Source: Alphaproteobacteria bacterium
GTDB lineage: Bacteria; Pseudomonadota; Alphaproteobacteria; GCA-2731375
DNA: 64,000 bases
Assembly: GCA_965232515.1 (NCBI GenBank)
Contig: CBDDPY010000002.1
Span: 3,328,001-3,392,000, forward strand
Reading direction: 5' to 3'
A model generated the notes under the pieces. That model made no database searches and was not told the origin of the DNA. It saw only the letters and a list, made by a program, of their open reading frames with translations. Positions 38,578 to 48,527 of this stretch are shown here, in pieces. The first letter of the stretch is position 1. Each line of letters starts with the position of its first letter. The position numbers were made by a program, and so were the translations under genes.

Positions 38578-38605
38578 TTGACAGATCGTAAATGATACAT
38601 ATACT
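38578..38605 (+). promoter_or_regulatory. Sigma70-type promoter TTGACA-N16-TATACT
   Basis: Near-consensus -35 (38578-38583) and -10 (38600-38605) upstream of the gene at 38647. Confidence 0.7.
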
Positions 38606-38635
38606 ACGATCTATCCTATAAATTGGTATCATATT
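38592..38635. promoter_or_regulatory. Putative PaaX operator 1 (ATGATAC-N27-GTATCAT)
   Basis: Perfect 7-bp inverted repeat overlapping the promoter; same architecture recurs at 40766-40807. Confidence 0.72.
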
Positions 38636-38646
38636 GGAGAGCCACG

Positions 38647-39459
38647 ATGCCGGATTGGAAGACTTACGACAAGGGCGATCCAATGCCCGAGGATTATCGG
38701 AAGCTGCTGATCCATCTGATGACCTTTCAGGCCGATTCCGAATATGCCGGCGCCCAGCGCGTCGCCGAAAACATGCGCTTCGCGCCAAGGCCGGAGGAGG
38801 CCTACCGGCTGTCGAAGAAGGTCATGGAGGAGATGGGCCACGGCTACTATGTCTGGGCGCTGTTGCAGGATCTCGGCGTCGATGTCGACGCCCGGCTGCA
38901 GGAACTGGTCCAGCATCCCGACAACCCGGATCCGAAGAAGGTCAACGTGATCAACGGTTTCCGCAAGGAGAACTGGTCGCAGTGGTTCGAGTGCTGGGAA
39001 GACGTGGCGCTGTTCTCGACCGTCGTCACGCCGGCCGCGGTGGCGTTTCTGGGTCAATACCGCGAGTGTTCCTACAAGCCCTGGGCCCGCGTCAACGTGC
39101 GCATTCACAAGGAAGAGCACGGCCATCTGGCGTTCGGCGTCTGGGCGTCCAAGCGCTGTATCGAGTTCGGCGGCGAGGAGACGCGCGCCTTCATGCAGAC
39201 CCGCATTCCGAAATTCATGCGCGTCGGCCTCGGCTTCTACGGCCGGCCGTCGACCGGCGGTGCGAAGTCCGCGATGTTCGACAAGTATTACGAATACGGC
39301 ATCAAGGTGAAGAAGCCTGAAGAGCTTCAGGCCGAGTATCTCGAATTGCTTGAGTCGCGGTTGGCCGAGGTCGGCCTGGAAGTGCCCGCCGACATCGAAG
39401 CCGACTACGACATGCGCATGGGCTACGAGGCCGACGAGCCGGCCACGGCGGCACAGTAG
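38647..39459 (+). CDS. PaaA/PaaC-family ferritin-like diiron protein (atypical)
   Basis: MPEDYRKLL, QADSE, EEMGHG, CSYKPWAR, KEEHGH; two ExxH motifs. Confidence 0.8.
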   Translation: MPDWKTYDKGDPMPEDYRKLLIHLMTFQADSEYAGAQRVAENMRFAPRPEEAYRLSKKVMEEMGHGYYVWALLQDLGVDVDARLQELVQHPDNPDPKKVNVINGFRKENWSQWFECWEDVALFSTVVTPAAVAFLGQYRECSYKPWARVNVRIHKEEHGHLAFGVWASKRCIEFGGEETRAFMQTRIPKFMRVGLGFYGRPSTGGAKSAMFDKYYEYGIKVKKPEELQAEYLELLESRLAEVGLEVPADIEADYDMRMGYEADEPATAAQ

Positions 39460-39470
39460 GAGGACGCGCG

Positions 39471-39881
39471 ATGATGCGTGAAGAAGGCGTCGCCGAGCTG
39501 CCGAACCGGCTGTTCGCCGACGGCCGCAGCATCCTGGCCCGCTTCGGCTATCGGCACGTCGCGAACGGCGCCGAACGCGATGACTGGGCCGCCATGTGGG
39601 ACCTGCTGCGGCCGGACTTCGCAACGGCGGAACGGCCGGACATCGCAACCTACGACGTGCTCTCCGAGGAGGCGCAATCGCTGGCCCGCGCCTACATGCG
39701 CGTCCGGCTGGAGGCCGACCGAAATCTGGAGGCCTGCGAGCGGCTGCATGTACAGCTCTATGCCGACGGTATCGACAAGGACGTCGTCGAGGACTACGCC
39801 GTCGTCCGCGACGCCTATGAAGACAGCGTCGAGGCCTTCGGCGCCGCACGCGAAAAACTGGCGCCGCACCTGTCCCGGTAG
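39471..39881 (+). CDS. Hypothetical acidic helical protein
   Basis: SD GGAGGA, 11 nt after the diiron gene, followed by a terminator; no family recognised. Confidence 0.75.
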   Translation: MMREEGVAELPNRLFADGRSILARFGYRHVANGAERDDWAAMWDLLRPDFATAERPDIATYDVLSEEAQSLARAYMRVRLEADRNLEACERLHVQLYADGIDKDVVEDYAVVRDAYEDSVEAFGAAREKLAPHLSR

Positions 39882-39905
39882 GTGTTCGTCACAACACCTG
39901 AATTC

Positions 39906-39933
39906 GGCCCCGCACGTCGGGGCCTTTTCTTTT
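39906..39933 (+). terminator. Rho-independent terminator
   Basis: ggccccg-cacgt-cggggcc followed by ttttctttt. Confidence 0.8.
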
Positions 39934-39953
39934 GTGCAATTAGGCCGGCCGGC

Positions 39954-40736
39954 TCAGACCGCGCCGGCGGTGGCGACTGGCGCCTCAAGTTCCAACGCCG
40001 CCAGACGTGTCTGCATCTCGCTTTCCCAACGCGCCAGCAGGTCGGCGTTGCCGTATTGCCGCAGGCCATAGCTGCGATAGAGCTCGAACCGCCGCGAATC
40101 CAGCCGGCCGAACGTGGCCGCGACCCGCGGATGCCAGTAGTTGACCGCCGCCTGCGCCGCCAGTCGGTCGCCGGTGCGCTCGATCGCCTGGCGCAGGCCG
40201 GTCTCGCCCAACGCGGCGTGTTCGGCCTCGCGCGGCACCACGTCACGCATCACGGTCGCGAGCGGCGCATAAGAGCACGCCGCCAGCTCGGCCAACTGGA
40301 TCGACGAGGCGATGCCCATGGCCATGTTCATGGTCACCGCGTCCAGCCAGCCCTGGACCGGATAGTGGAAGACGTTCAAGCGTTTGTCGCCGGCAATGCG
40401 GCGGGTGCCGAGATCGAGCTCGCGGTTCAGCCGCGCCGCCCAGGGGTGCGAACGCAGATACAGCGCCGGGTTGACGCCGAAACGTTCCAGCAGCGCCAGC
40501 ACGGCCTCCGCATGGGCGAACTTTTCACTCACCATGCGGGCGGCGATGCTGCGTTCGCGCAGGCCCGGGGCGCTGTTGATGTGATCGACGAAGCCAGCGG
40601 CGCCCGCGAGCTCCGAATCCACGAACACGACCATCAGTCGCATCAACTCGCCGCGATAGCCGGGCGACAGCTCGTCGTCCGCATCCAACCGGCCGCCGCC
40701 GCCTATGCGCTCGATCATGTCCGCGTCGGTCACCAT
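39954..40736 (-). CDS. PaaA/PaaC-family ferritin-like protein with degenerate iron ligands
   Basis: PGYRGELMRLM..FVDSELAG, SEKFAH, CSYAPLA, REAEH, YWHPRV. Start trimmed to MVTDAD. Confidence 0.78.
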   Translation of the reverse strand: MVTDADMIERIGGGGRLDADDELSPGYRGELMRLMVVFVDSELAGAAGFVDHINSAPGLRERSIAARMVSEKFAHAEAVLALLERFGVNPALYLRSHPWAARLNRELDLGTRRIAGDKRLNVFHYPVQGWLDAVTMNMAMGIASSIQLAELAACSYAPLATVMRDVVPREAEHAALGETGLRQAIERTGDRLAAQAAVNYWHPRVAATFGRLDSRRFELYRSYGLRQYGNADLLARWESEMQTRLAALELEAPVATAGAV

Positions 40737-40765
40737 CGCAGGATACTCCCGAGTCGTCAGAAAGA

Positions 40766-40807
40766 GATACAAGAATAGACAATTTATTGTTCGATTGGTA
40801 TCATATT
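40766..40807. promoter_or_regulatory. Putative PaaX operator 2 (GATAC-N27-GTATC)
   Basis: GATACA at 40766; ATTGGTATCATATT at 40794-40807 is identical to 38622-38635, with identical spacing. Confidence 0.72.
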
Positions 40808-40853
40808 TTCCGTAAGATTGGATTTGCAGCGGACCGAGCGAGAACGGCGCGCC

Positions 40854-41303
40854 ATGGTCGATATCGTGATTTTCGTCGGCACCGAGTCGGGCAACGCGGC
40901 GATGGTTGCCGACACGCTGCGCGACGAACTGGGTGACAACGGCCACGCGATCGATGTGATCGAGGACTTCGAGGCGGACCCGCCCGCCCTCGAGGCTGAC
41001 AAAGTCGTACTCTTGTGCACGGCGACGCATGGGCTCGGCGAACTGCCGGACAACATCATGCCGCTGCACGACCGGCTGACGCAGGACCGGCCCGATCTCA
41101 CCGGCATCCGCTATGGCGTTATCGCCCTTGGCGACCAGACCTACAGCGACACCTTCTGCAATGCCGGCCGCCAGATGGACACGCTGTTCGCCGAGCTCGG
41201 CGGCGCCCGCGTCGGCGAACGGCTGGAGATCGACGCCTGCACCCAGCCGCTGCCCGACGAGGAGGCCATCGACTGGGCCAAGGAGTGGGTGGCGATGTTA
41301 TAG
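40854..41303 (+). CDS. Flavodoxin (MioC/YqcA-like)
   Basis: GTESGNA, ATHGLGELPDN, ALGD.TY..TFC. Confidence 0.92.
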   Translation: MVDIVIFVGTESGNAAMVADTLRDELGDNGHAIDVIEDFEADPPALEADKVVLLCTATHGLGELPDNIMPLHDRLTQDRPDLTGIRYGVIALGDQTYSDTFCNAGRQMDTLFAELGGARVGERLEIDACTQPLPDEEAIDWAKEWVAML

Positions 41304-41365
41304 CGGCGACTTTTTCGCCGGACGGCGTATGCTAGGGCACCGTCGAATCGATGCCGGGTTGGGGC

Positions 41366-44300
41366 ATGATTTTCGCGCACGAGCCGCCGGCTGAAACGCC
41401 GCCGCGGGCCGCCATATCGGCGCTTTATCGCAAGGACGAAACCGCCTGCCTGCAGGCGCTGCTGGCCGAGCTCGATCTGGCCGACGAGCAGCTCGCCGGC
41501 ATCGACGCGCGGGCGCGTTCGCTGGTGGCGGAGGTGCGCCGGCGGCGCATCGGCGAAGGCGGCATCGACGCCTTCATGCACGAGTACGACCTCGACAGCC
41601 GCGAGGGCGTGGTGCTGATGTGCCTGGCGGAAGCGCTGCTGCGCATTCCCGATGCCGAGACCGCCGACCGACTAATCCGTGACAAGCTGGCCGATGCCGA
41701 CTGGGACGCCCATCTCGGCCGGTCGGAATCGCTGTTCGTCAATGCCTCGACCTGGGCGCTGATGCTGACCGGCCGGGTGATCCGCCTCGGAAGCCTGCGG
41801 GAAGACGATCTCGGCGCCCTGCTGCGGCGGCTGGTGGCGCGCAGCGGCGAGCCGGTGATCCGCCAGGCCGTGGTCCAGGCCATGCGCATCCTGGGGCGGC
41901 AGTTCGTCCTGGGGCGCACCATCGCCGAAGCGCTGAAGCGCGCCGACGAGGCCGAAACGAACGGCTATCGGCATTCCTACGACATGCTGGGCGAGGCCGC
42001 GAAGACCGCCGCCGACGCCGAGCGCTACGCACGGGCCTACGAATCGGCGATCGCCGCCATCGGCAGGCACGCGAACGGTCGCGGCCCGATCGACGGTCCC
42101 GGCATCTCGGTCAAGCTGTCGGCCCTGCATCCGCGCTACGAGCTGGCGCAGATGTCGCGGGTGACGGACGAATTGCGGCCGCGCCTGCTGGCGCTCGCCG
42201 TCGCCGCGAAGGACGCCGGCATCGGCTTCACCGTCGACGCCGAGGAGGCAGACCGCCTCGACCCCTCGCTCGATCTGTTCGACGCGCTGGCGACCGACCC
42301 GGCGCTTGCCGGCTGGGACGGCCTCGGCCTCGCGGTGCAGGCCTATCAGAAACGCGCGCCGGCGGTGATCGACTGGCTCGCCGACCTCGCGCGGCGCGGT
42401 AAGCGGCGCTTGATGGTCCGGCTGGTCAAAGGGGCGTACTGGGACACCGAGATCAAACGCAGCCAGGAAGGCGGCTTCGCGGGCTATCCGGTGTTCACGC
42501 GCAAGCTCAACACCGATGTTTCCTACCTCGCCTGCGCCAAGCGGCTGCTGGCGGACGAACAGGCCTTCTATCCGCAGTTCGCCACCCACAACGCGCACAC
42601 GCTCGCCGCCGTGGTCGAGATGGCCGGCAACCGGCGTGACTTCGAGTTCCAGCGCCTGCACGGCATGGGTGATGCGCTCTACGCGCAGGTGGTCGGCGGC
42701 GGTCTTGGCGTCGACTGCCGGATTTACGCGCCCGTCGGCAGCCACGAGGACCTGTTGGCCTATCTGGTGCGCCGGTTGCTCGAAAACGGCGCCAACACAT
42801 CGTTCGTCAACCGCATCGTCGACGAAAAGGCGCCGATCGACGACATCGTCGCCGACCCCATCGCCAAGGCCCGCGCGCTCGACGCGGCGCCGCATCCGCG
42901 CATCCCGCTACCGTCCCGGATCTTTGGCGACGAGCGGCGCAATTCCGTCGGCCTGGACCTGAGCGACATCACGGTGCTGCGACCGCTGGCATCGGAGATC
43001 AACGCCGCGGTGGACGGCAATTGGATGGCGGCGCCATTGGTGGCCGGCGAAACCCAACCAGGCCAGGTCGCCGACGTCACCGATCCGTCGGACCGCCGTC
43101 GGATCGTCGGCGCCGTCGTCGACGCCACGGCTGAGGATGCCGCCGCCGCGATGTCGGCCGCTGCTGCAGCGGCGCCGGCTTGGGACGCGACGCCGGCCGA
43201 TACGCGCGCCGCCTGCCTCGACCGCATGGCCGACATTCTGGAACGCGATATGGCGCGCTTCATGGCGATGGCCGTGCGCGAGGCCGGCAAGACCCTGCCC
43301 GACGCCGTGGCGGAGGTGCGTGAGGCTATTGATTTTTGCCGGTATTACGCGGCCCGTGCCCGGGCCGATTTCGCCGCGCCGCTGGCGCTGCCGGGCCCGA
43401 CCGGTGAGCGCAACGAGATCGCCCTGCACGGCCGCGGCGTCTTCGTCTGCATCAGCCCGTGGAACTTTCCGCTGGCGATCTTCTGCGGTCAGGTGACGGC
43501 GGCGCTGGCCGCCGGCAACGCCGTGATCGCCAAGCCGGCCGAACAGACGCCGCTGATCGCGCACGCCGCGGTCTCGGCGCTCTACGAAGCCGGCGTGCCC
43601 GCCGAGGCCCTGCAATTGCTGCCCGGTCCGGGCGAGGTCGTCGGCGCTGCGTTGATCGCCGATCCCCGGCTGGCCGGTGTCGCCTTCACCGGCTCGACCG
43701 AGACCGCGGCCATCATCAACCGCACGCTCGCCGCGCGCGACGGACCGATCGTGCCGCTGATCGCCGAAACCGGCGGCCAGAACGCCATGCTGGTGGATTC
43801 ATCGGCCTTGCCCGAGCAGGTGGTGACGGACACCGTCGCCTCGGCCTTCCAGAGCGCCGGCCAGCGCTGTTCGGCGCTGCGCGTATTGTTTTTGCAGGAC
43901 GATGTCGCCGACAAGACTATCGACATGCTGGCCGGCGCCATGGACGAGCTGAGTGTCGGCGACCCCGCCTTGCTGCGCACCGACGTCGGCCCGGTGATCG
44001 ACAATGACGCCAGGCAGATGCTAGAAGACCACGCCGCACGCATGGACCGCGAAGCCACACTCATCCGGCAGGTCGAGATGGGGGAGGAAACCGCACACGG
44101 CACCTTCGTCGCGCCGCGCGCCTATGAGATCGACAGCCTGGACTGGCTGCACGGCGAGGTGTTCGGACCCGTCCTACACATCGTGCGCTATCAACAGTCC
44201 CACCTCGAGGCGGTGATCGACGCCATCAACGGCACCGGCTTCGGCCTAACGCTGGGCATTCACAGCCGCATCGACGCCACGGTCGAGTACATCCATGCGC

Positions 44301-44515
44301 GCCTGCGCGTCGGCAACACCTATGTCAACCGCAACCAGATCGGCGCGGTGGTCGGCGTGCAGCCGTTCGGCGGCGAAGGCCTGTCCGGCACCGGCCCCAA
44401 GGCCGGCGGTCCACGTTATCTGCACCGCTTCGCGACCGAGCGCACGCTGTCCATCGACACCACGGCGCAGGGCGGCAATGCCGCCTTAATGTCACTGGAC
44501 GACAGCGGCGACTGA
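41366..44515 (+). CDS. putA: Bifunctional proline dehydrogenase / P5C dehydrogenase
   Basis: SYDMLGEAA, SVKLSALHPRY, RLVKGAYWD, EFQRLHGMG, ETGGQN, SAGQRCSALR, QPFGGEGLSGTGPKAGG. Confidence 0.96.
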   Translation: MIFAHEPPAETPPRAAISALYRKDETACLQALLAELDLADEQLAGIDARARSLVAEVRRRRIGEGGIDAFMHEYDLDSREGVVLMCLAEALLRIPDAETADRLIRDKLADADWDAHLGRSESLFVNASTWALMLTGRVIRLGSLREDDLGALLRRLVARSGEPVIRQAVVQAMRILGRQFVLGRTIAEALKRADEAETNGYRHSYDMLGEAAKTAADAERYARAYESAIAAIGRHANGRGPIDGPGISVKLSALHPRYELAQMSRVTDELRPRLLALAVAAKDAGIGFTVDAEEADRLDPSLDLFDALATDPALAGWDGLGLAVQAYQKRAPAVIDWLADLARRGKRRLMVRLVKGAYWDTEIKRSQEGGFAGYPVFTRKLNTDVSYLACAKRLLADEQAFYPQFATHNAHTLAAVVEMAGNRRDFEFQRLHGMGDALYAQVVGGGLGVDCRIYAPVGSHEDLLAYLVRRLLENGANTSFVNRIVDEKAPIDDIVADPIAKARALDAAPHPRIPLPSRIFGDERRNSVGLDLSDITVLRPLASEINAAVDGNWMAAPLVAGETQPGQVADVTDPSDRRRIVGAVVDATAEDAAAAMSAAAAAAPAWDATPADTRAACLDRMADILERDMARFMAMAVREAGKTLPDAVAEVREAIDFCRYYAARARADFAAPLALPGPTGERNEIALHGRGVFVCISPWNFPLAIFCGQVTAALAAGNAVIAKPAEQTPLIAHAAVSALYEAGVPAEALQLLPGPGEVVGAALIADPRLAGVAFTGSTETAAIINRTLAARDGPIVPLIAETGGQNAMLVDSSALPEQVVTDTVASAFQSAGQRCSALRVLFLQDDVADKTIDMLAGAMDELSVGDPALLRTDVGPVIDNDARQMLEDHAARMDREATLIRQVEMGEETAHGTFVAPRAYEIDSLDWLHGEVFGPVLHIVRYQQSHLEAVIDAINGTGFGLTLGIHSRIDATVEYIHARLRVGNTYVNRNQIGAVVGVQPFGGEGLSGTGPKAGGPRYLHRFATERTLSIDTTAQGGNAALMSLDDSGD

Positions 44516-44540
44516 CCGCTAGACCGGCCCGCATCAGCCG

Positions 44541-45551
44541 ATGCGGACCCTTCCTATCAAGCCATTGTTTCGGGCGGGATGTTTGACCCTGCTGCTGCTC
44601 GCCGTATGGTCGCCGTCCCGGGCCCAGACCGTGCCGGCGCTGCCGCCGGCGGCCGTCGAGCTGATCGCTCGTGCTGCCGACCGCGGCGACGCCAACGCCA
44701 TCGTCAACGTCGTCGCTGGCGCTATTGCCGCCAACCCGGCAGCGACCGACGCCATCGTCCGGCAGGCCGTCGAGATCGCGCCGCAATACCGCGACCGCAT
44801 CGTCGCCGGCGCCAGCGCCGCGTTTCCGGGCTTTGCCACGACGATTGCCGATGCCGCGACGACGGCAGCCCCGACCGCGCCTGCCACGGTCGCGGAGCCA
44901 GAGGTGCCATGGCCGCTATCGGGCGAGATCGCGCTGGGTGGCAGCAAGAACACCGGCAACACTGAGAGCGAAGAGCTGAACGTCGCCATCAAGACGCTCT
45001 ATGAAAGCGGCAAGCTGGAGACCGAGGGCAAGCTCGACTTCGACGTCCGGCGGGAGGACGAGAACACGACGAAGCAACGTCTCGTCGTCGACCTCCAGCC
45101 GCGCTACGCCTTAAGTGAGCGTTGGTACGCCTTCGGCTTCTTCGAATATCGCGACGACCGCTTCAGCGGTTTCGAGTACGAGTTTATCGAAAGCGCCGGT
45201 CTGGGCTATCGCGTGTTCGACAGCGAACGCCTGAGCTGGGCCCTCGAGGCCGGTCCCGGCGCGCGTCAAAGCAAGGTCGAGGATACCGGCGACGTCGACG
45301 ACCAATTGCTGTTCCGCGCGGCCTCGCGCTTCGCCTGGCAGATTTCGGAAACGGCCAAGTTCAGCAACGATACCGAATTCATCGTCGACAGCGAGCGCCG
45401 GCGCACCGAAAACGAGACGGCGCTCAGCACAAAAATCATCGGCGATCTCTCGGGGCGGTTGTCGTTCGAAATCCGGCACAATTCCAATCCGCCGGATGAT
45501 AACGAAAGCACCGATACACAGACGAAGATATCGCTCGTCTACGGATTTTGA
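44541..45551 (+). CDS. DUF481/YdiY-family outer-membrane beta-barrel with Ala-rich N-terminal extension
   Basis: Signal peptide, NTGNT, DRFSGF, GLGY, EAGPG, terminal LVYGF. Confidence 0.82.
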   Translation: MRTLPIKPLFRAGCLTLLLLAVWSPSRAQTVPALPPAAVELIARAADRGDANAIVNVVAGAIAANPAATDAIVRQAVEIAPQYRDRIVAGASAAFPGFATTIADAATTAAPTAPATVAEPEVPWPLSGEIALGGSKNTGNTESEELNVAIKTLYESGKLETEGKLDFDVRREDENTTKQRLVVDLQPRYALSERWYAFGFFEYRDDRFSGFEYEFIESAGLGYRVFDSERLSWALEAGPGARQSKVEDTGDVDDQLLFRAASRFAWQISETAKFSNDTEFIVDSERRRTENETALSTKIIGDLSGRLSFEIRHNSNPPDDNESTDTQTKISLVYGF

Positions 45552-45602
45552 GGCCGAAGGCGAAGGGGCGCAGCGAAACGGCCGCGCCCCCGCCAGATTT
45601 GA

Positions 45603-47795
45603 TCAGGCCTGACCCAGATCGTGCTGCGACAGCGGCAGCGACCGGATACGCTGCCCGGTGGCGTTGAAGATGGCGTTCGCCACCGCCGGACCGACGGGCG
45701 GCGTGCCCGGCTCGCCGACGCCCGTCGGCGCCGCTGTCGACGGCACGATATGCACCTCGACCTTCGGCATCTCGTCGATGCGCAGCGGCAGGTAGTCGTG
45801 GAAGTTCGACTGCTCCACGAGACCGCCGTCGAGCGTGACCGCCTCCTGCAGAATGGCGCTCAGGCCATAGCCGATGCCGCCCTCCATCTGCGCCCGAACA
45901 ACGTCCGGATTTACCGGCACGCCGCAGTCGACGGCGCAAACCACGCGCTCGACCTTGACCGTGCCATCGTCGCGGACGCTGACCTCGGCAACCTCGGCAA
46001 CAAACGAGTTGAAGGACTCGTGCACGGCAATACCGCGCCCTCTGCCCTGCGGCAGCGGCGAGCCCCACCCGGCCTTTTCGGCCGCCAGCTCCATCACGGC
46101 CAGGTGCCGCGGATGCTGCTGCAACATGCCGCGCCGGAACTCGAGCGGGTCTTTGCCTGCTGCCTCGGCCAACTCGTCGATGAAAGCTTCGGTCGAGTAG
46201 GCGGTGTGTGTGCTGCCGACGGCGCGCCACCACAGCACCGGGACCGTCACATCGGTCGTGTGCACATCAACTGTGATGTTGGGGACCTCATAGGGAAGAT
46301 TGTTCGCTCCCTCGACCGAGGTCTGGTCGATGCCGTTCTTGACCAGCGCGCCCTCGAACGGCGTGCCTTTCAGGATCGACTGGCCGACGATCCGGTGCTG
46401 CCAGCCGACGAGCTTGCCGTCGGCGTCCAGGCCCGCCTGCAGCGTGTGGTAGTACATCGGCCGGTAGCGGCCGCCCTGGATGTCGTCCTCCCGGGTCCAG
46501 ACGACCTTCACCGGCGCCCGACCGTTGATCGCCTTGGCGATGGAGACGGCCTCGCTGACCATGTCCGCGTCCGGCGTCGCCCGCCGGCCGAAACTGCCGC
46601 CGGCCAGCATGGTGTGCACCTTGACCTGCTCCGGCTTCAGCCCGGCGATGCCAGCGGCCGTCATGTGGTCGATGGTCTGCAATTGCGAGCCGGTCCAGAT
46701 CTCGCACGAGTCAGGGCCGAGCTGCACCACGCAATCGAGCGGCTCCATCGGCGCGTGCGCCAGGAACGGGAACTCATAGGCCGCTTCCAGCACCTGCGCC
46801 GCGCTCGCCATCGCCGCGTCGACATCGCCGTCCTGACGGGCGATGTCCCCCGGCTTGCCGGCGATTTGCTTGTATTCGGCCATCATCTCGGCGCTGCCGC
46901 GGCGCTCGGCGGCGCTGTCGTCCCAGGTGATCTCCAGCGCGTCCCGACCGGTCTTGGCGGCCCAGAAGCCCTTCGCCAGCACCGCGACGCCGCGCGGGAT
47001 TTCGACCACGTCCATCACGCCCTTGACGGCCTTCGCCGCCTCCGCGTTGACCGAGACCGCCTTACCGCCGAACCGCGTCGGGCGCGCGATAACGGCCGTC
47101 AGCATGCCGGGCAGCGTCATGTCGATGGTGTACTGCGCCGCGCCCCGCGTCTTGTCAGGGGAGTCGACGCGCGGCACGTCTTTGCCGATCAGCTTGAAAT
47201 CGGCCGGATCCTTCAGCACGACCTCAACCGGCGGCTCGAGCTTCGCCGCCGCGTCGGCCATCTCGCCGAACGTCGTCTCCTGACCGGTGGCCGCGTGGCG
47301 AATCACGCCGCTCTCGACCGAAATCTCGCTCGGCGGCACACCCCAATGATTGGATGCCGCGGCGACCAGCATGGCCCGCGCGCCGGCGCCGGCCTGCCGC
47401 ATCTGCGCATATGAGTTGGCGATGCTCGAACTGCCGCCGGTGCCCTGGTAGGGACCCCAATGCAGATTGTTGTAGAGCGTCGGGTCCGACGGCGAGGATT
47501 CGACGCGGATCTGCGCCCAGTCGGCATCGAGCTCTTCCGCCACGAGAGTCGCCAGGCCGGTGTAAACGCCCTGGCCGAACTCGATGTGCTTGGACAGCAC
47601 GGTGACCGTGTTGTCTGGTGCGATGCGCACGAAGGTATTCGGCACGATCTTGCCGCCGGCCGGGGCCGGCGCCGCCGCCTTCGCGGCGCGGGTCGGCAGC
47701 TGCAGGCCGATGACGAGACCGGCGCCGGCCATGGCGCTGGCCTTCAGGAAATGCCGACGGGTCGGCTGCAGGCTATGTTTCAAGTTGCCCAGCAT
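45603..47795 (-). CDS. iorB: Isoquinoline 1-oxidoreductase-like molybdopterin subunit (Tat signal)
   Basis: [47 protein letters not shown]. Confidence 0.88.
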   Translation of the reverse strand: MLGNLKHSLQPTRRHFLKASAMAGAGLVIGLQLPTRAAKAAAPAPAGGKIVPNTFVRIAPDNTVTVLSKHIEFGQGVYTGLATLVAEELDADWAQIRVESSPSDPTLYNNLHWGPYQGTGGSSSIANSYAQMRQAGAGARAMLVAAASNHWGVPPSEISVESGVIRHAATGQETTFGEMADAAAKLEPPVEVVLKDPADFKLIGKDVPRVDSPDKTRGAAQYTIDMTLPGMLTAVIARPTRFGGKAVSVNAEAAKAVKGVMDVVEIPRGVAVLAKGFWAAKTGRDALEITWDDSAAERRGSAEMMAEYKQIAGKPGDIARQDGDVDAAMASAAQVLEAAYEFPFLAHAPMEPLDCVVQLGPDSCEIWTGSQLQTIDHMTAAGIAGLKPEQVKVHTMLAGGSFGRRATPDADMVSEAVSIAKAINGRAPVKVVWTREDDIQGGRYRPMYYHTLQAGLDADGKLVGWQHRIVGQSILKGTPFEGALVKNGIDQTSVEGANNLPYEVPNITVDVHTTDVTVPVLWWRAVGSTHTAYSTEAFIDELAEAAGKDPLEFRRGMLQQHPRHLAVMELAAEKAGWGSPLPQGRGRGIAVHESFNSFVAEVAEVSVRDDGTVKVERVVCAVDCGVPVNPDVVRAQMEGGIGYGLSAILQEAVTLDGGLVEQSNFHDYLPLRIDEMPKVEVHIVPSTAAPTGVGEPGTPPVGPAVANAIFNATGQRIRSLPLSQHDLGQA

Positions 47796-47799
47796 CGGA

Positions 47800-48258
47800 T
47801 CAGGCCTCCATCAGCTTGGCCGCTTCGTGGATCGCGGCGCGGATGCGGACATAGGTGGCGCAACGGCAGACATTGCCGCTCATGGCGGCGTCGATGTCCG
47901 CGTCGTTCGGCTTCGGGTTCTCGGCCAACAGGGCCACGGCCGACATCACCTGGCCCGACTGGCAATAGCCGCACTGCACAACATCGAGCTTTTCCCAGGC
48001 GGTCTGCACCGCCGTCGCCGCCTTGCCGGCCACGGCCTCGATAGTGACGATTTCGGCACCCTCGAGATCGGCGGCGGCGATCGAGCACGACCGCGTCGGC
48101 ACGCCATCGACATGGACCGTGCAGGCGCCGCACAGCGCCATGCCGCAGCCGAACTTGGTGCCGGTCAGACCCAGCTCGTCGCGAATTACCCACAAGAGCG
48201 GCGTGTCCGGCTCGGCCTCGACCTGCCGCACCTCGCCGTTGAGGTTGAGTGTGATCAT
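47800..48258 (-). CDS. iorA: 2Fe-2S subunit of the molybdo-oxidoreductase
   Basis: [28 protein letters not shown]. Confidence 0.9.
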   Translation of the reverse strand: MITLNLNGEVRQVEAEPDTPLLWVIRDELGLTGTKFGCGMALCGACTVHVDGVPTRSCSIAAADLEGAEIVTIEAVAGKAATAVQTAWEKLDVVQCGYCQSGQVMSAVALLAENPKPNDADIDAAMSGNVCRCATYVRIRAAIHEAAKLMEA

Positions 48259-48527
48259 GAATTGGCTCCTGCCATGCACGTGTGACGGGACGGCGGGGGC
48301 CGACATAAAAAAGCCGGACGTCAACGAGTGCATGATCGTCAAGGATCAGGCGACGTCCGGTTCGGTAACCCCCACATTTCTACGTTCCCGACCTTGTAGG
48401 TAGAGCGGCCGGCCAGCCGATCAAGCTATATCGGAACGGCACAGAACAATTCCCGTCGCCATGCCTGGGCAGGACGAAGGCGCGAATGCTAGTCTGCCCG
48501 CCAACCAATTCAACCGAAGCAGTACAG

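Noticed and set aside
38647-40736. Calling the ferritin-like genes plain paaA and paaC
   Set aside because: Ligand substitutions, convergent orientation and absence of paaB/D/E argue against the canonical names.
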